From a virus, in IMG/VR virus record IMGVR_UViG_3300025466_000029, positions 3,205 to 67,204 of that record: DNA of 64,000 nt; one strand, 5' to 3'. Of this stretch, positions 43,801 to 53,125 are shown in pieces. The notes beneath the pieces were generated by a model that saw only the letters and a program-made list of their open reading frames with translations, ran no database searches and was not told where the DNA came from. The stretch's first letter is position 1. Every line of letters begins with the position of its first letter. The position numbers and the translations under genes are program-made.

Positions 43801-46386
43801 TTATTCACCTTTTGTCGGTTCAATATTTTGTTGATTGGCAATCGCATCAAGGATGCGTTGGTCTTGCTGATGAGCATGTTGGCCTTTTTGTTGGGCTTGT
43901 TGGTGGTCGTGAGCACCGCTCTGTTGTTTTTGTTGGAAGCGTTGTTGTGATATTTGTTTCATCACTTCAACACCTTTATCTACTGCATGTTGTTTTTGGT
44001 TAGCTTGTAACTGCGCAGCTGTCTTCAATAATTCATTCTTTTGTTGACCTTTACTTGACTCATGCTGTGAGAGGATACGTAATTGCTCAAGCTTCAACTG
44101 TTCAGCTCTGAACTGAGCATCAGTCTGGTCTTTCTGCGCTTTACGTTGTTGTTCCGCTTGTTTCAACTGCATGTCTTGTTGTTGCAACTGCACCATTGGG
44201 TCTTGCTGTTGTTGAGCTGCTTGTTGTTGAGCAACTTGCGCTTGGTTTTGTTGTAGCAATTGTTGAGCAGCTTGAGCCAACATCGGAGCCAATTTAGCTT
44301 CTACTTCTGGGTCCATGTGCATGTCTTCACCCATCTCATCTTTCTGAGGAGGCAACGCCATACCAAGTTGTTGTTCAATCTGTTGACGGTATGCAAAGCC
44401 CATGTGCTCATTGATATGAGCCATCATTGCAGCTTGTAGCTGTTGTGCCATAGGGTTACCCTGTAGCATCTGTTGGATTTTAGGGTCTTGCATTGCTGAC
44501 ATGTGCACGGTGATATGTGCTTGATGGTCTTGATAGTTAAACGCCTTAACTGGCTTCATCATTAAGATGTTTTGGTTTTCAGTCACAGGGTCTAATGGTT
44601 TTTGGTCTTCATCCATCGGAACCAACTTAGCTGCTTCTTTAATCCCAAGTACATCTAGCATCTGACGATGTAGTAATGGCATGTTGTAAATCTGTGGTGA
44701 TTGTGTAGCAAGCTGCATAACTGCTTGATATTGAACAATCTTTTGCGCCATTGTTGACGCATTAGGGTCTGAAACAGGGATTACCGTAACGCTGTCGTAG
44801 TCTGATTTCTTAGCTTTACGTGAACCTTCTGTTGGCTCGTAGTTGTATTCTTCAGGTGTATAAGCAGCGATGATGCTTTTTAGTAAGCCCAACTCTTGCT
44901 TCATTGAATAGTGGATACGCGCTTGTACAGCACTCATTACTTTTAATGTACGCTCAAGGATTGCTAGTGTTGTACCAACTGGAGAGTTAGCTGACATATC
45001 ACTGATTTGCAAATCGGCTGTATTAGCGAAGCGACGGCCTTCATCAACGATTTGACCAAGCAATGCCATGAGAACTTGTGATGGTTCTTTGTATGGCAAC
45101 GGCATGATGTTGTCTTTTAGCGCGCCACTTGGTACATCTACATCACGGAACTCACCTGGAGCTATTGGTGTGTCATCGCCTTTGACTCGCAAGCCACGCG
45201 TTTTGAAACCACTTGGGAGATTAGATAATGTACCCGCATCAACCAATTGGCGAATAAGACTAGTACCAGACTTAGCAAAAGCCCCAACAAGATGTATGAG
45301 ACCGAAGTAGTAAAAACCAAAGCCAGGCACGTAACCATAGTGCACAAAATGTTGACGTTTTTGTCTTGTATCATCTTTAGGGTCCCAGTTACGGCGAATA
45401 GCCAAGATAGTATTGCTACCTTTTTCAAGGGTCACAACGTATGGCAATGCAATGCCAGTCAACTCACCACTATCATCTTTGTCTTCATAGCCTGGTAAAT
45501 CAAGGTCGACGTGCATCTCTAGAAGTTTATAGCGGTCATCCGTTGAAGCACGGAAGCCCATCTTCTCTGCAATCTTCTTCTCTACTTCATCCAGTGTGTT
45601 ATTAGGTACGCCCAAATCTACATCTAAGTAGAAGCCAGCAACCTGCAAACGACGTAATTCATTCTCAGTCTTACGCATGACATGCGTTACACGTTCTGCT
45701 GACTCAAGGTTTGATGCACCATAAGGTACTACCATATCTTCAGCTGGGACAAAGATTGATACCTGACGGTCTAGATGTGGGTCGAAGTAAACCTTTTTAA
45801 ATGCGTTTCCGCTTAATCCTAGGCCCCACAGCATGCGTTCGTGCTCTGGTCGATACTCTGTCATCACATCCATTAATTGATAGTTCATATCGTCTTGGAC
45901 GCGGCTTGCTGACTCTTTTTTATCTTGTGTTTCTTTACCGATGATTTGCGTCTTGACTGGACCCATTGCTGGGAACATAGACATCATGGTTTCTGCTTGG
46001 AATTTTACTAAGGCTTCTGAGAGTAGTGGGTGGTAAACACCACATGCACCATCCCAAGGTTCTGTACGTTCTTCAATCTTTAGACCTAGCAACTCTAGGC
46101 CGTCAACGTAAGTCTGCATCCAGTCTTTACGAGAACTAATGTCTTCATCGAAATCAGCATTTAACGTAGATGCCAATGACTGTAGTTCGCCTTCGCTGAT
46201 GTACTCAGCCAAGTTATCATTGAACTCGTCTTCCATTGGGTCTTGAGGTTCCATCAAGATATCAAGCCCATCCATATGAATCGCAACTGATTCAGGGTCT
46301 TCAATCTCAATTTCCAACGGTGATGCTGTTGGGTCTTCAGGTACAATCCCTTGCGGGGCTGCGTACAAACTCTTTTCGATGGCCAT
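43801..46386 (-). CDS. portal protein
   Basis: 861 aa after TerL; F..NLAE, PW.GA.GV.HP, G.AFKKVY.D, LP.KEPS; Q-rich barrel-like tail. Confidence 0.9.
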   Translation of the reverse strand: MAIEKSLYAAPQGIVPEDPTASPLEIEIEDPESVAIHMDGLDILMEPQDPMEDEFNDNLAEYISEGELQSLASTLNADFDEDISSRKDWMQTYVDGLELLGLKIEERTEPWDGACGVYHPLLSEALVKFQAETMMSMFPAMGPVKTQIIGKETQDKKESASRVQDDMNYQLMDVMTEYRPEHERMLWGLGLSGNAFKKVYFDPHLDRQVSIFVPAEDMVVPYGASNLESAERVTHVMRKTENELRRLQVAGFYLDVDLGVPNNTLDEVEKKIAEKMGFRASTDDRYKLLEMHVDLDLPGYEDKDDSGELTGIALPYVVTLEKGSNTILAIRRNWDPKDDTRQKRQHFVHYGYVPGFGFYYFGLIHLVGAFAKSGTSLIRQLVDAGTLSNLPSGFKTRGLRVKGDDTPIAPGEFRDVDVPSGALKDNIMPLPYKEPSQVLMALLGQIVDEGRRFANTADLQISDMSANSPVGTTLAILERTLKVMSAVQARIHYSMKQELGLLKSIIAAYTPEEYNYEPTEGSRKAKKSDYDSVTVIPVSDPNASTMAQKIVQYQAVMQLATQSPQIYNMPLLHRQMLDVLGIKEAAKLVPMDEDQKPLDPVTENQNILMMKPVKAFNYQDHQAHITVHMSAMQDPKIQQMLQGNPMAQQLQAAMMAHINEHMGFAYRQQIEQQLGMALPPQKDEMGEDMHMDPEVEAKLAPMLAQAAQQLLQQNQAQVAQQQAAQQQQDPMVQLQQQDMQLKQAEQQRKAQKDQTDAQFRAEQLKLEQLRILSQHESSKGQQKNELLKTAAQLQANQKQHAVDKGVEVMKQISQQRFQQKQQSGAHDHQQAQQKGQHAHQQDQRILDAIANQQNIEPTKGE

Positions 46387-46395
46387 AGAAATTCC

Positions 46396-47940
46396 TTAGT
46401 AATAGGCTGCTTTACGTTGATACCGATATAATACATCATCATCTGCTTCATCGCTAGGTAATCGGATAAAGCCACCTTTTCTAAACCTGATGAGTGCTTG
46501 TGAGCAACTATCCACAAAGTCATCATGCGTACCTACAGGGAAATCCGCACACTCCTGGATTACTTCCCCAGCCCATCGTCTATCTGTCGGTGCCCAGACC
46601 ATGCCTGATGCAAACAGGTCTGTAATAGAGTTAACTCTAGAAATCTTATCTTTTACTGGTGTGTACTCAGAAACAGGCATGCCCATTGAACGTAGCTCCT
46701 GATAGAGCGCTGCACCGTTTGACTTCTTCTCCACCAGGAACGTATCAGGTTCCCAGTCTTTATACTCCGCTATCATCCTACGTTTGAGTTCTGGGAACTC
46801 CATACGTTCTTTCCACGCATCAAGCAGGATTATATTATTCTGATTGGTCTTTTCATTGAAGAACACGCCCCAGATTGTAACGGCGTTATAGTCGGCACGG
46901 TTGTGGGATTCTTGAGCCGCGTCCAAAGACATAATCGTATACTCACACTGCGGCGGCCTTTCATCATCCCAGTGCTGCCACCATTCTTTCTTAATGAGTT
47001 GAGCGCCTTCTGCAGTCGGATTTTGCAAATACTGGCTCGACCAGTAGCGTGTATCCATACCAGCGCGTTTCTTTTTGAGTTCCTCAAGCGGCCAAAACTC
47101 AGGCCATAATGACCGTTCTTCATCTGTGTTCTCGTCTAAAATCGCTGGAAATTCAACAACTTCCCACTGGTCGGCATCTGGATTCTTGACCATGTGATTA
47201 ATTAACTGACCTGTCAGGTCCATCATAGACCAGCGTGTCATCACCACGATGATAACCCCGTTAGGCATCAACCGTTGTAGCGGACCAGACTGGAACCATT
47301 CCCATGCAGATAGAAATACTGAGGGGTTACCTGTCTTGGCTTCCTGCTCTGAGTGCGGGTCATCAATCACAAACACGTCAGCACCACGACCTGCAAGCGC
47401 ACCGCCCACACCAGCCGCATAATACTGACCACCGTCGCTAGTGTTCCACTGCCCAGCCGCCTTAGCGTCCTGATTTAGCGAAACATTAGGAAAGACACCA
47501 CGATACTCATTACTACCAACCAAATCACGAACTCGACGACCGAAAGTAGTAGACAAATCAGCAGTATGTGTGGCCATGATAATCTTTTTGTCGGGGTGGT
47601 GTCCAAGAAACCAAGCAGGAAACAGGTAAGACACCAGCTCAGACTTACCCATACGGGGTGCGATATTGACAATAATGCGCTTCTTATCCCCATTAATGGC
47701 ATCCTCTAGTAATTTAGCTAGTCTTTTATGGTGTGCACCCACCATATAGTTTGGATACACCGCTTTTACGAAATCTAACAACCCACCTTGCGCAGCTTTA
47801 CGCTTAACACGGGTCATTTTCTCGTCAATCAGGCTTAATGTCTCTTGTTGCTCACGTTCAGGCAGCTTTTTTAGGTTTGCCAGGAACTGAATTCCCTGTT
47901 CATAGGGTAATGTTGCAACATATTCCTTCAGGCTACTCAC
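46396..47940 (-). CDS. terL: terminase large subunit
   Basis: PRMGKS, GRGAD..IDDP, MTRW, YLQNP, RNase H-like nuclease with HDD.VD. Confidence 0.95.
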   Translation of the reverse strand: MSSLKEYVATLPYEQGIQFLANLKKLPEREQQETLSLIDEKMTRVKRKAAQGGLLDFVKAVYPNYMVGAHHKRLAKLLEDAINGDKKRIIVNIAPRMGKSELVSYLFPAWFLGHHPDKKIIMATHTADLSTTFGRRVRDLVGSNEYRGVFPNVSLNQDAKAAGQWNTSDGGQYYAAGVGGALAGRGADVFVIDDPHSEQEAKTGNPSVFLSAWEWFQSGPLQRLMPNGVIIVVMTRWSMMDLTGQLINHMVKNPDADQWEVVEFPAILDENTDEERSLWPEFWPLEELKKKRAGMDTRYWSSQYLQNPTAEGAQLIKKEWWQHWDDERPPQCEYTIMSLDAAQESHNRADYNAVTIWGVFFNEKTNQNNIILLDAWKERMEFPELKRRMIAEYKDWEPDTFLVEKKSNGAALYQELRSMGMPVSEYTPVKDKISRVNSITDLFASGMVWAPTDRRWAGEVIQECADFPVGTHDDFVDSCSQALIRFRKGGFIRLPSDEADDDVLYRYQRKAAYY

Positions 47941-48616
47941 CGATTAGCGCTCCGATGTCTATTTTCGGTACTTCTGGTAGGGGAGCAACCTCTAAAGGGT
48001 CAGTAATTACAGGTTTGGTCGTACCTTTGGAAGCATTCCCCACTTCTTTTGGTGGTTCCGCTACCTTTTCAAAGTCTCCTTCGATAAGGAGGCTCAGTTT
48101 TTCGTTGAGTGCTGCGTCAATTTCTTCATCTGTACGTTGTTTGTAGGTGATTTCCTGTTTCTCGACGAACATTCCTACGTCCGCTAGCTTGCCTAGCAGC
48201 TCTACAGCCTTGAGTTGTACCTTCGGGTCTTTGTTTCCTGACAGTTGCAGTAACTTATTTGTCACTATCATCCGAATTTGGTCCGCATGCTGGATAACTT
48301 TCCAGTCATACTCTGTCACTAGGGCTTCTAATTTGATAATTGCTTCAGGTTTGTCTACCTTAGAAGTAGTCAATGAACCTTTTTGCCCTTCGAGATAGGT
48401 CTGAAATGCCTCTTCTGCATGAACTGCATCTTCTTCGGTGACCTCGATATCGGGTGCACCACTCCTACGGAGTATATCTTTAGCTGTTTTGGCAGCTGCA
48501 CTTACAAATTGTTCAGGCATTAAGTCCTCAGTACGCATTGGTGTACGTAATAAATGCGGTTCGTATGGAACCACTCCTTCAAGCAAATCATATAGTTGTA
48601 TTCTCTGCGAAGCCAT
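47933..48616 (-). CDS. terS: putative terminase small subunit
   Basis: Directly upstream of TerL; LKAVELLGK..VGMF; start placed at MASQR. Confidence 0.65.
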   Translation of the reverse strand: MASQRIQLYDLLEGVVPYEPHLLRTPMRTEDLMPEQFVSAAAKTAKDILRRSGAPDIEVTEEDAVHAEEAFQTYLEGQKGSLTTSKVDKPEAIIKLEALVTEYDWKVIQHADQIRMIVTNKLLQLSGNKDPKVQLKAVELLGKLADVGMFVEKQEITYKQRTDEEIDAALNEKLSLLIEGDFEKVAEPPKEVGNASKGTTKPVITDPLEVAPLPEVPKIDIGALIGE

Positions 48617-48623
48617 AGGGCGT

Positions 48624-48653
48624 AACATACCCCATAAATCAATCACTTGTCAA
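48624..48653 (-). promoter_or_regulatory. possible late promoter
   Basis: TTGACA-18 bp-TATGTT directly before ATG 48616. Confidence 0.45.
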
Positions 48654-48904
48654 CATATAGCAGCTTGCATGTAATATTTTGCTTTTTACTCTATGCAAAC
48701 CGCATTGCTTGTAACGTATGCGATACAAAACCCGTAGCTTGTAACGAACTCCAAAAAATTTTACACAAAAAATTTTAGACCCACTCATATAAAGTCAGGG
48801 GGTGTCATGACATGAGAATAGAAAGATGCTTGTCTAAAACAGAGAGGGGAGGGGAAGGTCTCAATTCCAGGAAAAATGGGGGTAGGGGGTGCGCCTGTAC
48901 CATG

Positions 48905-48918
48905 CGGACAAATGTCCG
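48905..48918. promoter_or_regulatory. palindromic operator-like site 1
   Basis: CGGACAAATGTCCG. Confidence 0.7.
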
Positions 48919-48937
48919 CGCGGGCTTATGATACCTA

Positions 48938-48965
48938 TTGACTTCTTATGATACTTCTATATAAT
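48938..48965 (+). promoter_or_regulatory. early sigma70 promoter
   Basis: TTGACT-16 bp-TATAAT. Confidence 0.7.
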
Positions 48966-49023
48966 GGACACATCGACCAAGCGCAAACATGCAGGCGGCG
49001 ATTAACTTAATAAGGGGTTTACC

Positions 49024-49572
49024 ATGTCTAAGCAATCTTCAGTAGCAGTTGTAGTAACAGTTTCACAAGAGCAGTTCGACCAAGCGCTTGCTGGTATCGC
49101 TACCAATGGCGCAAGTATTAAAGAGCAGTTCGTAACAGCGGCGCAATTCATCGCTCAAGCGACTAACAAGCGCGACCAAGATGCGGCAAAGAAAAAGCTG
49201 GCTGTCGCATACCAAAAGCTTCAAGCGACATTATCAGGCAAAGAATTCAAGTTTGACAGCGCGACCAAGTGGGTGCAACGTAGCGTGAAAGGCTTGAGCG
49301 GCAATACCAAGTTTAAATGGCTGGTAAGTAAAACCACGAAAGCGACAAAGGCAAGAGCGGCGCGAGCAGGTGGCAAAGTAGAAGCGACAACAGCACCAGC
49401 CGCACCAGCACCAGCGAAGCCAACCAGCATTGAGCAATTGCGTAACGCGCTCATTGCAAAAGAAAAGAAAAACCTAGACGATTTTGTGAATGTAATTCCT
49501 AGCGGCAAAATCAAAGAATTTGAGCAAGCTTACGCGGCTTTCATTCAAACACTTGAAATCATCCTAGCATAA
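49024..49572 (+). CDS. first early protein, Ala/Lys-rich, function unknown
   Basis: TAAGGGG RBS; promoter upstream and hairpin downstream. Confidence 0.75.
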   Translation: MSKQSSVAVVVTVSQEQFDQALAGIATNGASIKEQFVTAAQFIAQATNKRDQDAAKKKLAVAYQKLQATLSGKEFKFDSATKWVQRSVKGLSGNTKFKWLVSKTTKATKARAARAGGKVEATTAPAAPAPAKPTSIEQLRNALIAKEKKNLDDFVNVIPSGKIKEFEQAYAAFIQTLEIILA

Positions 49573-49581
49573 GAAAGGCGG

Positions 49582-49602
49582 GGCGGCGAAAGCCGCCTTG
49601 TT
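49582..49602 (+). terminator. GNRA hairpin/weak terminator
   Basis: GGCGGC-GAAA-GCCGCC-TTGTT. Confidence 0.6.
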
Positions 49603-49871
49603 AAAATCATGTCTAAAACAAAATTCTTAATTGGCTACTACGATAGTAACAGTTGTTATAAATGCACGATGGCTTATGGCTGGCGCGATTTGATTTACAA
49701 AAGATTAACGCTACTAGTCACAGGGCAGTTATACGAAAGTACTGAACCCTTCTTTAATTAAGGCTAATATGAAAATGAAATCCTATCAGTACGCGTGCTA
49801 CCAAATGATGACAATGCAAATACTTTGTAACCTTTATTCAAAACGATTATACAGACAGCGTTAAACTTACC

Positions 49872-49902
49872 AACCCACATCTTAATTGATGTGGGTTTTT
49901 TT
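49872..49902 (+). terminator. intrinsic terminator
   Basis: AACCCACATC-TTAATT-GATGTGGGTT followed by a T-run. Confidence 0.8.
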
Positions 49903-50034
49903 ACGTCGGAACGAGTGACAATAAGCAAGCCAGCCAGTTAGCCACCCGACCACGCAGTGTGTGCGTAGGTGCGCGCCACGCGAAAACCACGCGCGCGTTT
50001 CCTCTTGACATAACAAAACAACACAAGTCCCATT

Positions 50035-50048
50035 CGGACAAATGTCCG
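50035..50048. promoter_or_regulatory. palindromic operator-like site 2
   Basis: CCCATT-CGGACAAATGTCCG-CGTGGG. Confidence 0.7.
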
Positions 50049-50099
50049 CGTGGGATTGTTCACATACAAGTTGTGCCGCCTTATTTGGCGCGGGTTTCA

Positions 50100-50655
50100 G
50101 CGATGTTACAGGGAAGTTCACAGGATAGCGAAACAGTCATATGATGTCATACCCTATGTTACGTTGACACCGTAACAACTTACCTGTAACTGGAACAATT
50201 CGTGTGACGCTCGCAAAGCCAATAGCAGTGCGGTGTTACAGGTAAAAAAAGCATCGCGGCACGCGTTACATAAAAATATATAGAACCTAGAAATAATAAT
50301 AGACTGTAACAGTAACAGAGATATAAAAAGACGTGAATGTGTCACTCGTTCCACGAATGTCTAACCCTTATATGTTTTTTTGTGTAACGCGAGAAATCAC
50401 CCAATTCTATTATGTAACACCGCGCCATTAAATGCTCTCAGAGCGTCACACGTTTTGTTGCAGTTACAGGTAACTTATAACGTAACATGCCAAAAACAAC
50501 CCCGTTACAGTTGGCTATTATGTAACAGACTGAAACGATTGTGTAACATGTAACGCTTTACTGTTGACAGGATAGTTGACAACCGAACCCCAAACCCATA
50601 CACTTCTGTCATGTAACTGTCAACGGTTACAGTCTATCTATTATGTAACAGTCAA
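50100..50655. repeat. putative replication origin: GTAAC/GTTAC iterons and a long inverted repeat
   Basis: About 20 GTAAC/GTTAC copies; 50180-50212 vs 50441-50473 are 30/33 inverted matches around an AT-rich centre. Confidence 0.6.
50576..50604 (+). promoter_or_regulatory. sigma70-type promoter
   Basis: TTGACA-17 bp-TACACT. Confidence 0.6.
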
Positions 50656-50671
50656 CAAAAGGAGTTTTAGC

Positions 50672-51169
50672 ATGGGTGAGTTTTTATTAAGTATTCTTGG
50701 ATTTTCCGCAGATGAAAGTCATTTGGTTTATGTCAAAAAAGTATTCCGTTCAAAGTTCAATGTGGGTGATGCAGTCAAGGTCGCCTATCCAAATCCGAAA
50801 CGCGAAGTGCAAACGGCATACTATCGTATATATAACGACTTCTACCCGATTGAGTTATTGCATGAATTAGTGCGAACCCAAAACCCAAACATCATTGACC
50901 GCGATGGGTTCATTCCTTATCAACGCGAGTTACGTGATGCAGATATTGTAGTGGCATTATCAGAGGGCGCACCAATTGAGGCAGTGGCAGAGCAGTACGG
51001 CTGGCATCATGAGGCTATAAAGTTAGCACTCGTTCGTCACAAAGCAAGACAATTTGCAAAGCGCGAAGCTACGTCTACACTGGCTGACGATGAACCACCC
51101 CTACACCAGCAACCACTGACCGCCGAACAGATAGCCAAGCGTGAAGCGTTACTTGCTCAATGGGAGTAA
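50672..51169 (+). CDS. protein with C-terminal HTH (candidate regulator)
   Basis: RDADIVVALSEGAPIEAVAEQYGWHHEAIKLAL; AAGGAG RBS before ATG 50672. Confidence 0.6.
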   Translation: MGEFLLSILGFSADESHLVYVKKVFRSKFNVGDAVKVAYPNPKREVQTAYYRIYNDFYPIELLHELVRTQNPNIIDRDGFIPYQRELRDADIVVALSEGAPIEAVAEQYGWHHEAIKLALVRHKARQFAKREATSTLADDEPPLHQQPLTAEQIAKREALLAQWE

Positions 51170-51172
51170 GCG

Positions 51173-51367
51173 ATGAAGATGAATTCACCAGAGTTTATAG
51201 AGGCAATAAACAAGCACTTGTCTGACCCAATGGTTCGCTTAAATGAACACATGAGGCAAGCGCAATTACGTAGAACAATGGATGAAATAACCGCGATGGA
51301 AAGGCGCGAAACTGAGCAACTATGTAATGATATAGAAGCCATCATTAAGTCTTATAAAACATCATAG
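51173..51367 (+). CDS. hypothetical protein
   Basis: GGGAG RBS. Confidence 0.55.
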   Translation: MKMNSPEFIEAINKHLSDPMVRLNEHMRQAQLRRTMDEITAMERRETEQLCNDIEAIIKSYKTS

Positions 51368-51368
51368 C

Positions 51369-51396
51369 TTGACATAAGAACTCATCAGAGTATAAT
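51369..51396 (+). promoter_or_regulatory. early sigma70 promoter
   Basis: TTGACA-16 bp-TATAAT. Confidence 0.75.
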
Positions 51397-51440
51397 TATA
51401 GATGTTCGGTTAAGACATGACCGACAAACCCTTTCCCACG

Positions 51441-51454
51441 CGGACATTTGTCCG
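51441..51454. promoter_or_regulatory. palindromic operator-like site 3
   Basis: CCCACG-CGGACATTTGTCCG-AGTGGG-TTTTT. Confidence 0.7.
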
Positions 51455-51491
51455 AGTGGGTTTTTAATCAGATATTACGGAGAACAATATC

Positions 51492-53081
51492 ATGTGTAAC
51501 AAATGCGTAGTACCAGCAACACAACTACTCTCACGTTGGGCAGAGTTAGGCGATAGACCTTATCGCCATGTAGTCATCCGCGACCTCTTAAAAGAGCAAC
51601 ATCAATCAGAAAACCGCGAGCATTGGTCACATGCTCGTCACTCATGGGTAACAGACTATAAACCGCGCAACCAGCAAGTAGGTCACGACCTAGCTAAAGC
51701 CAAAGCCATTGTCCATAAACAGGCAACGCGCGAACCTGTTACCCTACTAGAGATGGCTAGCTATACCACATATTTTAAGTCGCTAGAGCATATCATCCCT
51801 AACGTAGGTCACAAGCTAGAGCCAGCGTACATGGCAACCCAAACCAAGTTCCGCGATGGTACATGGGAAGCGATTGACATCATGAACAAGCTACATCCAT
51901 ATCCTAACAATACAGCTACGTCATCGCATGACGCGTATGTAGACGCGCAGACCGCGTTCATCACAATGAACCGCTTGCACAACGTACACATATCAACCGA
52001 GGACATCAATCAGATAGCCTATTATCCAACGCTTGCTCACATGCGCGCTGGTCGCGAGGTTCGTACCCGATTAGGTCGCTATCTTACCAAGTATCAGTCC
52101 GCGCTACGCTTGACCGAGAATGACATCAAGAACATGACAGAGAAACACGCAAGCAATATGCGCTCTCGTGGTGGCTGGGCTGTAGAGTTCGTGGCGCACG
52201 ATGACCCCGATGGTTGGTATAACGTGTATTCAGGCGGTGTACAGAGTTGTATGCAGAGCGAGCCAGCAGTACGTATCTATGCGCATGAGCATAGTGTGTT
52301 GCGCCTAGCGTATGTCAAAGCTGGTAACGATATTATTGCGCGTTGTATTGTGCGTGAGGATGGCGATGCCAAAGGCTGGTTGCGTGTGTACCCTGACCCG
52401 AATGGTCATGCAGAAGGTCGCTATCTCTTGGACTATCTCAAGACACATGGCTATGACCAGCATACCAACCTTGACGGCGCACTGTTACAGTTTATAGAGG
52501 AACGCGAGGGTATCGTGTGTCCATACCTAGACTACGGCAGTGGTGGTGACCAAACTGTGGGCGAAACACATCATAATGGCAAGCGGTATCTTGTAGCTGG
52601 CGGTGGTGACTACAGCGCGACACAGACTAACGGCTACGTTGAGAATAATATGACATCGTGTGATGAGTGTGGTGATAGCATTGACGATGACGAAACGACT
52701 TACGTTGAGCATGATGGTTGCACTGTGTGCGAGTGTTGCCTCAGCAATAACTATACCTATGCGTATGGCTCACGTTATCAAGACTACTTCCCACAAGACG
52801 AGTGCGTACAAGTCGGCGAGGATTATTATTGGGTTGATACCATTGACAACCATGACATCGGTCAGTGCGAGCGTACCTATGACTACCATCCTAACGAGGA
52901 ATTAGTATCTACCTATGATGGTGTGTACCACATGGACTACGTTGTTAGTGTTGACCGCCATACTGACTATGAGTATGTGTATATGGACAACGTGCATACG
53001 TTATCAGATGGTTCAACGTGTCATCAAGATGATGCAGACCATTACCAAATGGAAATTGATATTGAGGCTGGTGCAGTATAA
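51492..53081 (+). CDS. early protein with SCM/PYLD domain and acidic Cys-rich C-terminus
   Basis: QSCM...IIARCIV...RVY...PYLD; CDECG, CECC. Confidence 0.7.
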   Translation: MCNKCVVPATQLLSRWAELGDRPYRHVVIRDLLKEQHQSENREHWSHARHSWVTDYKPRNQQVGHDLAKAKAIVHKQATREPVTLLEMASYTTYFKSLEHIIPNVGHKLEPAYMATQTKFRDGTWEAIDIMNKLHPYPNNTATSSHDAYVDAQTAFITMNRLHNVHISTEDINQIAYYPTLAHMRAGREVRTRLGRYLTKYQSALRLTENDIKNMTEKHASNMRSRGGWAVEFVAHDDPDGWYNVYSGGVQSCMQSEPAVRIYAHEHSVLRLAYVKAGNDIIARCIVREDGDAKGWLRVYPDPNGHAEGRYLLDYLKTHGYDQHTNLDGALLQFIEEREGIVCPYLDYGSGGDQTVGETHHNGKRYLVAGGGDYSATQTNGYVENNMTSCDECGDSIDDDETTYVEHDGCTVCECCLSNNYTYAYGSRYQDYFPQDECVQVGEDYYWVDTIDNHDIGQCERTYDYHPNEELVSTYDGVYHMDYVVSVDRHTDYEYVYMDNVHTLSDGSTCHQDDADHYQMEIDIEAGAV

Positions 53082-53087
53082 CCCACG

Positions 53088-53101
53088 CGGACAAATGTCC
53101 G
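53088..53101. promoter_or_regulatory. palindromic operator-like site 4
   Basis: CCCACG-CGGACAAATGTCCG. Confidence 0.7.
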
Positions 53102-53125
53102 AACGTAACTAACAGGAGAATTAAA

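Noticed and set aside
12867-48674. Many short antisense or alternate-frame ORFs within virion genes
   Set aside because: They are shadows of long coding frames with no RBS or motifs; only the 39245 HNH and the 26025 lipobox ORF were kept.
49609-49761. 50-aa ORF after the first early gene
   Set aside because: No convincing RBS or motif; possible but unsupported.
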